A DNA stretch of 64,000 bases from Terriglobia bacterium (GTDB lineage Bacteria > Acidobacteriota > Terriglobia > UBA7540), in assembly GCA_050745265.1 (NCBI GenBank), contig JBOGKE010000078.1:36841-100840 (forward strand), in the 5' to 3' direction. Under the pieces are notes generated by a model that worked only from the letters and a program-made list of their open reading frames with translations, did not search any database and had not been told where the DNA came from. The stretch's first letter is position 1, and each line of letters starts with the position of its first letter. The position numbers and the translations under genes are program-made. This document shows positions 1-8,355 of the stretch, one piece after another.

Positions 1-92
1 CGTCCAGACCGAACATCGCGTTCGCTGCGTTGCGCGGCTTCTTGGGATCAGACATTGTTTCCCTCGTTATCTCCAGACTTACAGGCACTAAG

Positions 93-98
93 TATAAT
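93..98 (+). promoter_or_regulatory. Possible sigma70 -10 element for folP
   Basis: TATAAT 7 nt upstream of ATG 106; no clear -35; would imply a nearly leaderless mRNA. Confidence 0.35.
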
Positions 99-105
99 CA
101 ATGAG

Positions 106-1146
106 ATGCTGAGAGTCCCGCAAAAGTTTGATGCACCGGACCGGGGCTCGCTATTTCCGCCGCGGCGAGAGCGATACGGCATCACCGTGGCTGGCCGTCG
201 CGTCCGACTGGGCGAGCGCACCCTCATCTGCGGAATTCTGAACGTGACGCCCGATTCCTTCTCGGACGGCGGCCACTACCTCGATCCACGCAGCGCCGTC
301 CGCCATGCTCTCGCCATGGCGCGCGCCGGAGCCGATTGGATTGACGTGGGGGGCGAATCGACGCGGCCCGGAGCGGCGCCCGTCAGCGCTGAAGAAGAAT
401 TGCGCCGCGTCGTGCCCGTGATTTGCGGCATCCGCAGGCGGGCGCGCGAACTTCCGATTTCAATCGATACGTCCAAGGGCGTCGTCGCGGCTGAAGCTTT
501 GGCCGCAGGAGCCAACCTCGTGAACGACATCAGCGGGCTTCGGTTCGACCCCGCGGTCGCGGAGGCGGTCCGACGTTACCGCGTGCCGCTGATCCTGATG
601 CACTTGCGCGGCCGCCCGGCGACGATGCAGCGGGGACCGTTTGCACGAGACGTTTTCCGCTCCATATTGCAGGGACTGGACTGGTCCGTGCGGCGAGCGC
701 TCGATTTGGGACTCGACCGGTCCCAGCTCATCGTTGATCCAGGGCTCGGCTTCGGAAAAACGCGCCGGCAGAGCTTCCAGATTATGGCCGGCCTGGCGGT
801 CCTCCGGCAGCTTCGCTTGCCCATATTCGTTGGGGCCTCGCGAAAATCGTTTATCCAGGCAGTCGCCACAGGCGGCGGGCTCGACACCAGGAGGCCGGCT
901 CCTGCCGCCACGGGGAGCAGGGACAACGCTAAGCTCGCGCCGCGGGACGGCACGCCCCCGCCGGCCCAACACCGAGCGGCTGTCAGCGATTTTGCCGATG
1001 CGGCGGCGGTCGCGGGTATGGCTCTCGCCGGCGCGCACATTATTCGCGTTCACAACGTCCGAGCGGCCCTTCCGGCGGCGCGCATCGCGGACGCAATTCT
1101 TGCTGCTGCACGCGGCTCTTCGGCTCTTCGAGGCCCGCTTCATTGA
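106..1146 (+). CDS. folP: Dihydropteroate synthase
   Basis: GILNVTPDSFSDGG, IDVGGESTRPG, SIDT, VNDISG, DPGLGFGK, GASRKSF, IIRVH motifs; ATG 106 preferred over track TTG 55. Confidence 0.96.
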   Translation: MLRVPQKFDAPDRGSLFPPRRERYGITVAGRRVRLGERTLICGILNVTPDSFSDGGHYLDPRSAVRHALAMARAGADWIDVGGESTRPGAAPVSAEEELRRVVPVICGIRRRARELPISIDTSKGVVAAEALAAGANLVNDISGLRFDPAVAEAVRRYRVPLILMHLRGRPATMQRGPFARDVFRSILQGLDWSVRRALDLGLDRSQLIVDPGLGFGKTRRQSFQIMAGLAVLRQLRLPIFVGASRKSFIQAVATGGGLDTRRPAPAATGSRDNAKLAPRDGTPPPAQHRAAVSDFADAAAVAGMALAGAHIIRVHNVRAALPAARIADAILAAARGSSALRGPLH

Positions 1147-1186
1147 CATCTGATCCGCCTCCCTTCTATCATTTGGCTTCTCCTCT

Positions 1187-1756
1187 ATGACCGATCGCGC
1201 GTTTACAGTTGCGAATCAGATCACCATTCTCCGACTGATCTTCGTTCCGCTCTTTGCCGTGCTCGTAATCGATGGGCATTATCGCGGCGCGCTTCTGGTG
1301 CTCGCCGTGGCAGCGGCATCTGACGTAGCGGATGGGCTGGTGGCGCGCTTGTTCCGTCAAAAGTCTTCTCTCGGAGTCGCGCTCGACCCCGTCGCAGACA
1401 AGATCCTGATGATGACCGCGTACCTGGTGCTTTCATTTCGCGGCGCGCTGCCTTGGTGGCTCACCTTTCTGGTGCTGATCCGCGACGCCGGCATCGTCGT
1501 GACCGCGGCACTCATCAGTCTGGTCTCGGGGTATCGCCCGTTCCCCCCCACGTTGCTTGGCAAGGCCTGCACGTGCAGCCAGGTGGCTGCCGTGGTCGCG
1601 GCGGTTGTCTTTCGCGCCTATCCGGGGGTTTTGAGCCCGGCGGCGTTCAATTTCTTTGTATACCTGGCCGGAGCGCTTACCGTCGCTTCGGGTATTCATT
1701 ACCTGCTCATTGCCCATCGGCGGTATGAGCCTCACGCCGGGAACCGCTCTTCCTGA
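1187..1756 (+). CDS. CDP-alcohol phosphatidyltransferase (PgsA/cardiolipin synthase family)
   Basis: ANQITILR and SDVADGLVAR...GVALDPVADK signature; multi-TM. Confidence 0.93.
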   Translation: MTDRAFTVANQITILRLIFVPLFAVLVIDGHYRGALLVLAVAAASDVADGLVARLFRQKSSLGVALDPVADKILMMTAYLVLSFRGALPWWLTFLVLIRDAGIVVTAALISLVSGYRPFPPTLLGKACTCSQVAAVVAAVVFRAYPGVLSPAAFNFFVYLAGALTVASGIHYLLIAHRRYEPHAGNRSS

Positions 1757-2064
1757 TCGGGTGCGCAGGGGGATTGGGACGTTGGGGTGAAGAATAGGCG
1801 GGAGATGTGAAGTGGCGGTTAGTTGCTGAAAGATACAGTTGCGGCGCGGACAAGACCGCACCAGGCCGTCCTGCCGTTCATCGCCAGACTTCCACCCGCG
1901 CCCGTCTGCTAATCGGGAGCCCCCGGGGGCCGGGAGTTCTTATGTATGAGATATTACTAACATGATCAATAGAGCCTGTCAACCATTTTCTCATGTAATT
2001 TTGAAGAAAATATTCAGATAGTGAAAAGACGATCCCGCTGGGCGAGGGGAAACCCGTGTCCTGG

Positions 2065-2091
2065 TTGCGACTCGCCGGAAACCGCTATAAT
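2065..2091 (+). promoter_or_regulatory. Putative sigma70 promoter of amtB operon
   Basis: TTGCGA (2065-70), 15-nt spacer, TATAAT (2086-91), 44 nt before the ATG. Confidence 0.4.
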
Positions 2092-2135
2092 CACCTTCAT
2101 CTTTTGAGAAAAGTAGATTTCGCCGGAGAGTATCC

Positions 2136-3605
2136 ATGCATAGGGGTGCGGCGCGCTCGCTGTTCCTAACTGCTTTCATCCTGGCGCTTTTCGCAGCTCC
2201 GGGATCGGCCCAGACGCATCGGCTCACAACCGGAACCGAGCCCGCCCGGGCCGCCGGCCCAGTCCGGACCGGGTCCCCGCTCGACGCTCGCCTTGAGGCA
2301 AGGATCAGCGCCTTGGAGCGCCAATCCGCCGCAGCGCAGTCGGCGGGCGACAACTCCTGGGTCCTGATGAGCGCGGCCCTAGTGCTGCTGATGACGGGTC
2401 CCGGTCTTGCGCTGTTCTACGGCGGGCTGGTGCGCAAGAAGAACGTGCTTGCGACGATGATGCAAAGTTTCATCCTGATGGCAATTGTCACGGTGCTTTG
2501 GGTGCTGTTTGGGTACAGCCTGTGCTTTCACGAAGGCAACCGGTTCATCGGAAGTCTGGGCTATTCTTTCATGCACGGCGTCGGGGCCGCGCCGAATCCG
2601 GCCTACGCTCCCACCATCCCGCAGCAGAGCTATTTCCTTTTCCAGCTCATGTTCGCCATCATTACTCCGGCGTTAATCACCGGCGCGTTCGCCGAGCGGA
2701 TGAAATTCAGCGCGCTGGTGGTATTCATGATTCTGTGGACCACGTTCGTCTACGATCCGATGGCGCACATGGTGTGGGGCGCGGGCGGGCTGCTGAACGC
2801 GACGCTGGGCGGCGTGTTCCCGACGCTCGATTTCGCGGGCGGCACGGTGGTCCATATTACGTCCGGCATTTCGGCGCTGGTTTGCGCGCTGTACCTGGGC
2901 AAGCGCGTGGGCTACCCGCACGAGCCGATGCCGCCGCACAATGTGGTACTGAGCGTGATCGGCGCGTGCCTGCTGTGGGTGGGCTGGTTCGGCTTCAACG
3001 CGGGCAGCGCGCTGAGCGCGGGTAGCCTTGCCAGCAGCGCGTTTGCGGCGACTCAGCTCGGCGCCGCCGCGGCAGTGCTCGGCTGGATCGGCGCCGAGTG
3101 GATTCGAAACGGAAAACCGAGCGCGCTCGGCGCCATTTCGGGCGCGGTCGCGGGGCTGGTGGCGATCACGCCGGCTTCGGGATTCGTAGGGCCGATGTCC
3201 GCGCTCGCCATCGGCGTGATTGCCGGCGTGGTCTGTTTCTTCATGGTTTCAACGGTGAAGCGCCGGTTCGGGTACGATGATTCGCTGGACGCCTTCGGAG
3301 TGCACGGTGTGGGCGGCACGGTGGGCGCGCTGCTGACGGGAGTCTTCGCCGCAAGCGTCATCAACCCAGTGTTCAAAGACCGCTCCGGGCACGCCCTGCC
3401 TCTAGGCTTGATCGACGGACACGCCGGGCAGATCCTCGATCAGCTCGTCGCCGTCGTGATCGCCTGGGTGCTCGCGGGCGTCGTCACGCTGATCATCCTC
3501 AAAATCGTCGATGCTGTGATCGGGCTCCGCGTCGATCCCGAGCACGAGCTGCAGGGACTCGATGTCTCGCAGCACGGCGAAGAGGCATATAATCTGGAGG
3601 CGTAG
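2136..3605 (+). CDS. amtB: Ammonium transporter
   Basis: LMTGPGLALFYGG, FQLMFAIIT, DFAGGTVVH, WVGWFGFNAGS, DDSLDAFGVH; signal-peptide-like N-terminus. Confidence 0.98.
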   Translation: MHRGAARSLFLTAFILALFAAPGSAQTHRLTTGTEPARAAGPVRTGSPLDARLEARISALERQSAAAQSAGDNSWVLMSAALVLLMTGPGLALFYGGLVRKKNVLATMMQSFILMAIVTVLWVLFGYSLCFHEGNRFIGSLGYSFMHGVGAAPNPAYAPTIPQQSYFLFQLMFAIITPALITGAFAERMKFSALVVFMILWTTFVYDPMAHMVWGAGGLLNATLGGVFPTLDFAGGTVVHITSGISALVCALYLGKRVGYPHEPMPPHNVVLSVIGACLLWVGWFGFNAGSALSAGSLASSAFAATQLGAAAAVLGWIGAEWIRNGKPSALGAISGAVAGLVAITPASGFVGPMSALAIGVIAGVVCFFMVSTVKRRFGYDDSLDAFGVHGVGGTVGALLTGVFAASVINPVFKDRSGHALPLGLIDGHAGQILDQLVAVVIAWVLAGVVTLIILKIVDAVIGLRVDPEHELQGLDVSQHGEEAYNLEA

Positions 3606-3659
3606 CGGACTTCGCGCCGAATCGGGTGGCGCAACACGGCGGAACGGAAGGCGAGCGCA

Positions 3660-3998
3660 ATGAAGAAACTCGAAGCGATTATTCAGACTTCCCGGCTGAA
3701 TCCGGTGAAAGAAGCGCTGCAGGAAATTGGAGTTGACGGCATGACGGTCTCCGAGGTGCGCGGGCACGGGCGCCAAAAGGGTCATACCGAGGTGTACCGC
3801 GGCAATGAATACACCGTGGATCTGCTGCCGAAAATTAAGCTGGAAATTTTCCTGCCCGATCAACTCGTGGACTCCGCAGTCCAAGCGATCCTCAAGACGG
3901 CGAAGACCGGCAAAATCGGCGACGGCAAAATTTTCCTTTCCCAGGTGGAAGAAGCCATCCGCATTCGCAACGAGGAGCGAGGCGACGCTGCCTTGTGA
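3660..3998 (+). CDS. glnB: Nitrogen regulatory protein P-II (GlnB/GlnK)
   Basis: 112 aa; GHGRQKG, T-loop YRGNEY (Tyr51), TGKIGDGKIF. Confidence 0.97.
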   Translation: MKKLEAIIQTSRLNPVKEALQEIGVDGMTVSEVRGHGRQKGHTEVYRGNEYTVDLLPKIKLEIFLPDQLVDSAVQAILKTAKTGKIGDGKIFLSQVEEAIRIRNEERGDAAL

Positions 3999-4010
3999 GG
4001 CGCCGCACCG

Positions 4011-6701
4011 GTGCGCGAGAAGACGCAAACACGGCTTCTGCCCGAGCTGGCGACCCGCTCCGCGGCGCAGTTTTCGGAGCTGCGGGCCGCGTTTGAGGCC
4101 ACGGGCGACGGCCGTGATTGTCTGCGGCGTCGCTCCGAGCTCGTCGATGCGATCGTCCGTGAGCTTTATTTGGCGTGGATCGCTTCCCTTCCCGCCGATC
4201 CCGAGGGCGTCTGCCTGATCGCGGTGGGGGGTTACGGCCGCGCCGATCTCTTTCCTTACTCCGACCTCGACCTGCTCTTCGTCGCGCGCGACAGCCGCAT
4301 TCTCAGTTCGTGCCGCGACGCGATCGCCGGACTGGCTCGCGACCTTTGGGACTTGCAGATGCGCGTTTCTCACTCGGCGCGCACGCTTGAGGAGTGCGCC
4401 CGTTTCGACTCGGAAAATCTCGAGTTCAGCATTTCGCTGCTCGACCTTCGGTATCTCGCAGGCGAACGCGCGCTGTTCGAAGCGCTCCAGAACCAGACCC
4501 TTCCGCACCTGATCGGTCGCGACGGCCCCGATTTGGTGCGTAATCTGGTCAGCAAGTCCTCCGAGCGCCACTCGAAGCACGGCCACACCATTTTTCATCT
4601 CGAGCCCGACGTGAAAGAAGCGCCGGGCGGATTGCGCGACTATCACGTCGCCCGATGGCTGGCGCGAATCCGCGAAATCTCGTCCAGCGGCCGCGGGGCC
4701 TCCGCCGCCGGGCCTACTGCCGAGCCGGCGCAACGGGTCGAACAGGCCGTGCAGTTCTTATCGAGCGTGCGCTGTTTTTTGCATTTCGATCGCAAGCGCA
4801 ACGATAATCTCCTCACCTACGAGCTGCAGGACGAGGCCGCCGCGCGCGCCATCGGCGGCGCTGAGGGACTTGGCGGCAAGCCCGGCAATTCCCGCAAGTC
4901 CACCGACGCGGCGCAATGGATGCGGGCGTATTACCGGCACGTCCGCTCGGTCGAAAGTTTTGCAGGCCGCGCGATTGAAGACTCGCGCCCGCCGAGGTCG
5001 TCGCTCTACGGCCTGTTCCAGGATTGGCGTTCGCGGCTCTCCACCGCCGATTTCTCCGTGATCCAGGGTAAAATTTTTCCCCGCTCGCCCGCGCCCGCCG
5101 GATGGCCCGCTCTGCTCAGCCTGTTTGAAATGATGGCGCGCCACTCGCTCGACCTCAGCCGCGAGGCCGAGCGGTGGGTTGAAGAGAGCCGCGCCGGGCT
5201 TGTTGCATCCGCAACACCGGCCCCCGATTCGCCGCCTGCGCCGCCTAGGGCGACACCGGCCAGGCCGCCTCAGTGGCCCGCGTTCCGCAGGATGCTCGCT
5301 TTGCCCGCCACGGCGAATGCTCTGCGGGCCATGCACCGGCTCGGCCTTCTCGACGAGCTCATCCCGGAGTTTCGCTCGATCGATGCGCTCGTCATCCGCG
5401 ACTTCTACCATCGCTATACGGTAGACGAGCACACTTTTATGACCATCGAAACCTTGTGCGAGCTGAAGCGCGGTTCGCGCGAGGCTGAAAGCGGAACCGA
5501 AGAAAACCTCGGCGCCTGGAAAGCGAAACTGAGCGATCTCTACGCCGCGATCGAGCAGCCCGAGCTCCTGACGCTTGCCCTGCTGCTGCACGACGTGGGT
5601 AAAGGGATGGAAGCGCCCGATCACGCAGCCGGAAGCGTAGAGGCGGCGCGCACCGCGTCCATGCGGCTCGGCTTGGATGCCCAGGACCAGGAGACACTGT
5701 GCTTTCTGATCGCTTCCCATCTCGAGATGTCCGCCACGGTTTCGCGCCGCGATATCTTCGACCCTGAAACGCTGCGATCGTTTGCGGCGAAGGTCGGTAC
5801 ATCCGAGCGGCTCAAGATGCTGTGCCTCATGACTTGCTCCGACATCCAGGGCGTGAACCCGGAGGCGCTGACCCCGTGGAAAGCGGAAATGATCTGGCAG
5901 CTTTACCTGATGAGCGCGAATTATCTGTTGCGCAGCGTCGATGAGGATCGATTGCAGACGGCGCAGCCGTCCCTATCCGGCGAGCTCCGGGCGCCGGGCG
6001 GCGATGATCGGAGCGAGCTCAAGCTCTTTCTCGAAGGCTTTCCCAGAAGATACCTCGCCGCCCACTCTCCTTCTGAAATCGCCGAGCACGTGCAATGGGC
6101 CCGCAAAGTCTCGCAGAATACAGTCTACGTGAAAGTGCGGCGGCGCGGCGCGTTCAGCGAGCTCGCCGTGCTCGCCCTGGATCGCCCGCTCCTGTTCGCC
6201 TCTGTCACCGGAACGCTGGCCGCCTGGGGGATGAACATCATCAAAGCGGAGGCATTCGCGAATCGCTCGGGCCTGGTGCTCGATATCTTCCGTTTTCACG
6301 ATCTCTACCGCACGCTCGAGCTGAACCCTTCCGAAACCGAGCGCCTGGAGCAGGCGATTTCAGACGTTCTCGCGGGCAGCGTCAGCGTTGCGGCGCTGCT
6401 GCAAGGCCGCAGCTGGCCGCCCGCCGTCAAGGCCAAAGTTCGCATCGCGACTCGGGTCAGCTTTGATGATTCCGCTTCATCCCGCTGCACCATCCTGGAG
6501 CTGCTGGCCCAGGACCGCCCCGGCCTGCTTTACACCGCCAGCACAATTCTCGCTCGCTTCGGCTGCAGCATCGAAGTCGCCATGATTGAAACCGAAGCGC
6601 AGAAGGCCGTCGACGTGTTCTACCTGACGCGATCCGGCGCCAAGCTTTCTCCCGACGTACAACAGGAAATCTACTCCGCGCTAATCCAGCAGCTTTCGTG
6701 A
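4011..6701 (+). CDS. glnD: [Protein-PII] uridylyltransferase
   Basis: AVGGYGR..YSDLDLL NT domain, EPDVKEAPGGLRD, YTVDEH, LLHDVGKG HD domain, two ACT domains (DRPLLF, DRPGLL). Confidence 0.95.
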   Translation: MREKTQTRLLPELATRSAAQFSELRAAFEATGDGRDCLRRRSELVDAIVRELYLAWIASLPADPEGVCLIAVGGYGRADLFPYSDLDLLFVARDSRILSSCRDAIAGLARDLWDLQMRVSHSARTLEECARFDSENLEFSISLLDLRYLAGERALFEALQNQTLPHLIGRDGPDLVRNLVSKSSERHSKHGHTIFHLEPDVKEAPGGLRDYHVARWLARIREISSSGRGASAAGPTAEPAQRVEQAVQFLSSVRCFLHFDRKRNDNLLTYELQDEAAARAIGGAEGLGGKPGNSRKSTDAAQWMRAYYRHVRSVESFAGRAIEDSRPPRSSLYGLFQDWRSRLSTADFSVIQGKIFPRSPAPAGWPALLSLFEMMARHSLDLSREAERWVEESRAGLVASATPAPDSPPAPPRATPARPPQWPAFRRMLALPATANALRAMHRLGLLDELIPEFRSIDALVIRDFYHRYTVDEHTFMTIETLCELKRGSREAESGTEENLGAWKAKLSDLYAAIEQPELLTLALLLHDVGKGMEAPDHAAGSVEAARTASMRLGLDAQDQETLCFLIASHLEMSATVSRRDIFDPETLRSFAAKVGTSERLKMLCLMTCSDIQGVNPEALTPWKAEMIWQLYLMSANYLLRSVDEDRLQTAQPSLSGELRAPGGDDRSELKLFLEGFPRRYLAAHSPSEIAEHVQWARKVSQNTVYVKVRRRGAFSELAVLALDRPLLFASVTGTLAAWGMNIIKAEAFANRSGLVLDIFRFHDLYRTLELNPSETERLEQAISDVLAGSVSVAALLQGRSWPPAVKAKVRIATRVSFDDSASSRCTILELLAQDRPGLLYTASTILARFGCSIEVAMIETEAQKAVDVFYLTRSGAKLSPDVQQEIYSALIQQLS

Positions 6702-6809
6702 TCGCCCGAAAAGGGCGAGAAAACGGCAGACGAGCCGGTGCGAGTCTGATCCCGCCAGAGCAAATTGATGTAGATTTCGGACCGTGACCTGCCGATAAGC
6801 ACCTTCGGT

Positions 6810-7595
6810 ATGGTCACCAACGGGAGTCCTGACGCTTGGCTCGCCGTGGGCTGCATCTTCGGGCTGGTCTGGTTTGCGAGAGGGTTCCAGCTTTACCGCA
6901 AGTCCCTGATCATCGAGGATACGCCGGTGGTTCCGATCCGTAGCGCGGCGATGGGACGGATTCAGACCAAGGGCACCGCGCAGGCAGATGACACGTTCCC
7001 GAGCTTTGTAAGTGGAGAGCGCTGCTGCGTGGCGAAGGTGCAAATTGACCGCTGGGTTGCCAATCGCAGCGGCGGCCACTGGGAGCACTACCGCACCGAC
7101 CGCCAGGGCGTTCCATTTTACCTGGAAGATGAGACGGGGCGGGTGCGCGTGGATCCGCGCGGCTGCGATCTCGACGTGCCAGTGTATTGCCGCCGGGAAA
7201 TCGGGAGCATCCTCGCCTCAGCGATGCGGGAATACGCGCTCGGCCCATTCGCCGCGCATGGAGGTCCGAGCGGGCGCACGGATGACGAACTCCTCGCCTA
7301 CGCGGCGCCGGGCCTGTTCGGGTCACATAAATTTCGCTTCTCGGAATACCTCGTGCAGCCCGGCGGGCAGTACGACATGCTCGGCACCTGCGCGGAGAAT
7401 CCCAACCCAGCCGGGCCAGACGATCACAACCTGATCACTCAGGGCCAAAACGGACAACTGTTCCTGATTTCGTCCCTGACGGAGAAACAACTGGAGCAAA
7501 GCCTGAGCTGGAAATCGAGCTTGCACGTGTGGGGTGGGGCGGCGCTGTCAGTCGCGTGCGCCGCAACCCTTGTGGCCCGGCATCGCTGGTTTTGA
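6810..7595 (+). CDS. GIDE-like domain membrane protein (no RING)
   Basis: N- and C-terminal TM helices; IEDTP..IRSAAMG and PFYLEDETGRVRVDP resemble the GIDE family; directly upstream of lemA. Confidence 0.65.
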   Translation: MVTNGSPDAWLAVGCIFGLVWFARGFQLYRKSLIIEDTPVVPIRSAAMGRIQTKGTAQADDTFPSFVSGERCCVAKVQIDRWVANRSGGHWEHYRTDRQGVPFYLEDETGRVRVDPRGCDLDVPVYCRREIGSILASAMREYALGPFAAHGGPSGRTDDELLAYAAPGLFGSHKFRFSEYLVQPGGQYDMLGTCAENPNPAGPDDHNLITQGQNGQLFLISSLTEKQLEQSLSWKSSLHVWGGAALSVACAATLVARHRWF

Positions 7596-7620
7596 TTTCC
7601 GCAACCAAGGGGAATAAACC

Positions 7621-8181
7621 ATGAGCTTTGTAATTAGCCTGGTGATTTTGCTGCTGATAGCGGCTTGCGTGATCTATGCCGTCATGATCTACAACAGCCT
7701 GGTAGATCTGAAAAATAATGTGGACAAGGCGTGGGCCAACATTGACGTGCTCCTAAAGGAACGCCATGACGAGCTGCCCAAGCTGATCGACACCTGCAAA
7801 GGCTACATGCAGTACGAACAGCGAACGTTCGAGATGATCACGCAAGCGCGCACCGCCTACCAGAGTGCTTCGTCGGTGCAGGAGAAAGCGCAGGCGGAGC
7901 AGACGCTGACCGGTGCGTTGAAGACGCTCTTTGCGGTTGCGGAAAATTATCCCGAATTGAAGGCGAATAACGACTTCATGCAGCTTCAACAGCGTATCAC
8001 CGAGATCGAGGAGCGAATCGCCGACCGCCGCGAATTTTTCAATGACAGCGTCAATACCTACAACATCCGCATTCAGCAGGCTCCTGAAGCGATGATCGCC
8101 GGCATGATGCACCTGGAACCGCATGATTTGTTCAAGGCCGCCGAAGCAGACCGCCAGGATGTGCAAGTAAATTTCGCGTGA
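7621..8181 (+). CDS. lemA: LemA family protein
   Basis: N-terminal TM, YNSLV, AWANIDVLLKERHDELPKL, AVAENYPELKAN, RREFFNDSV. Confidence 0.96.
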   Translation: MSFVISLVILLLIAACVIYAVMIYNSLVDLKNNVDKAWANIDVLLKERHDELPKLIDTCKGYMQYEQRTFEMITQARTAYQSASSVQEKAQAEQTLTGALKTLFAVAENYPELKANNDFMQLQQRITEIEERIADRREFFNDSVNTYNIRIQQAPEAMIAGMMHLEPHDLFKAAEADRQDVQVNFA

Positions 8182-8240
8182 TGGCGGGAGAAAAGTCGCA
8201 AACTTATTGAGGATTACGCATTCGAGTGACGCGTTTTTAT

Positions 8241-8294
8241 TGTAGCGGCGGCCTCTGGCCGCCGGAATTCGGGCGCTCAGAGAGCGCCGCTACA
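8241..8294. repeat. GTAG-type REP doublet (REPIN-like)
   Basis: TGTAGCGGCG...CGCCGCTACA inverted ends with two internal hairpins; related copies at 35453, 38216, 58446. Confidence 0.8.
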
Positions 8295-8355
8295 GCGATC
8301 GAGCGCCACTATAATACGTAAACCTCACTAGAAACAACTCCGCGGCGCCCGGTTT

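Noticed and set aside
106-1146. Sulfonamide-resistance sul gene
   Set aside because: Canonical DPGLGFGK without the Sul Phe-Gly insertion; chromosomal context
6810-7595. E3 ubiquitin ligase
   Set aside because: No RING domain, and no ubiquitin-like or E1/E2 genes nearby
8310-8315. TATAAT facing antisense into the WD40 gene
   Set aside because: No -35 or extended -10 support
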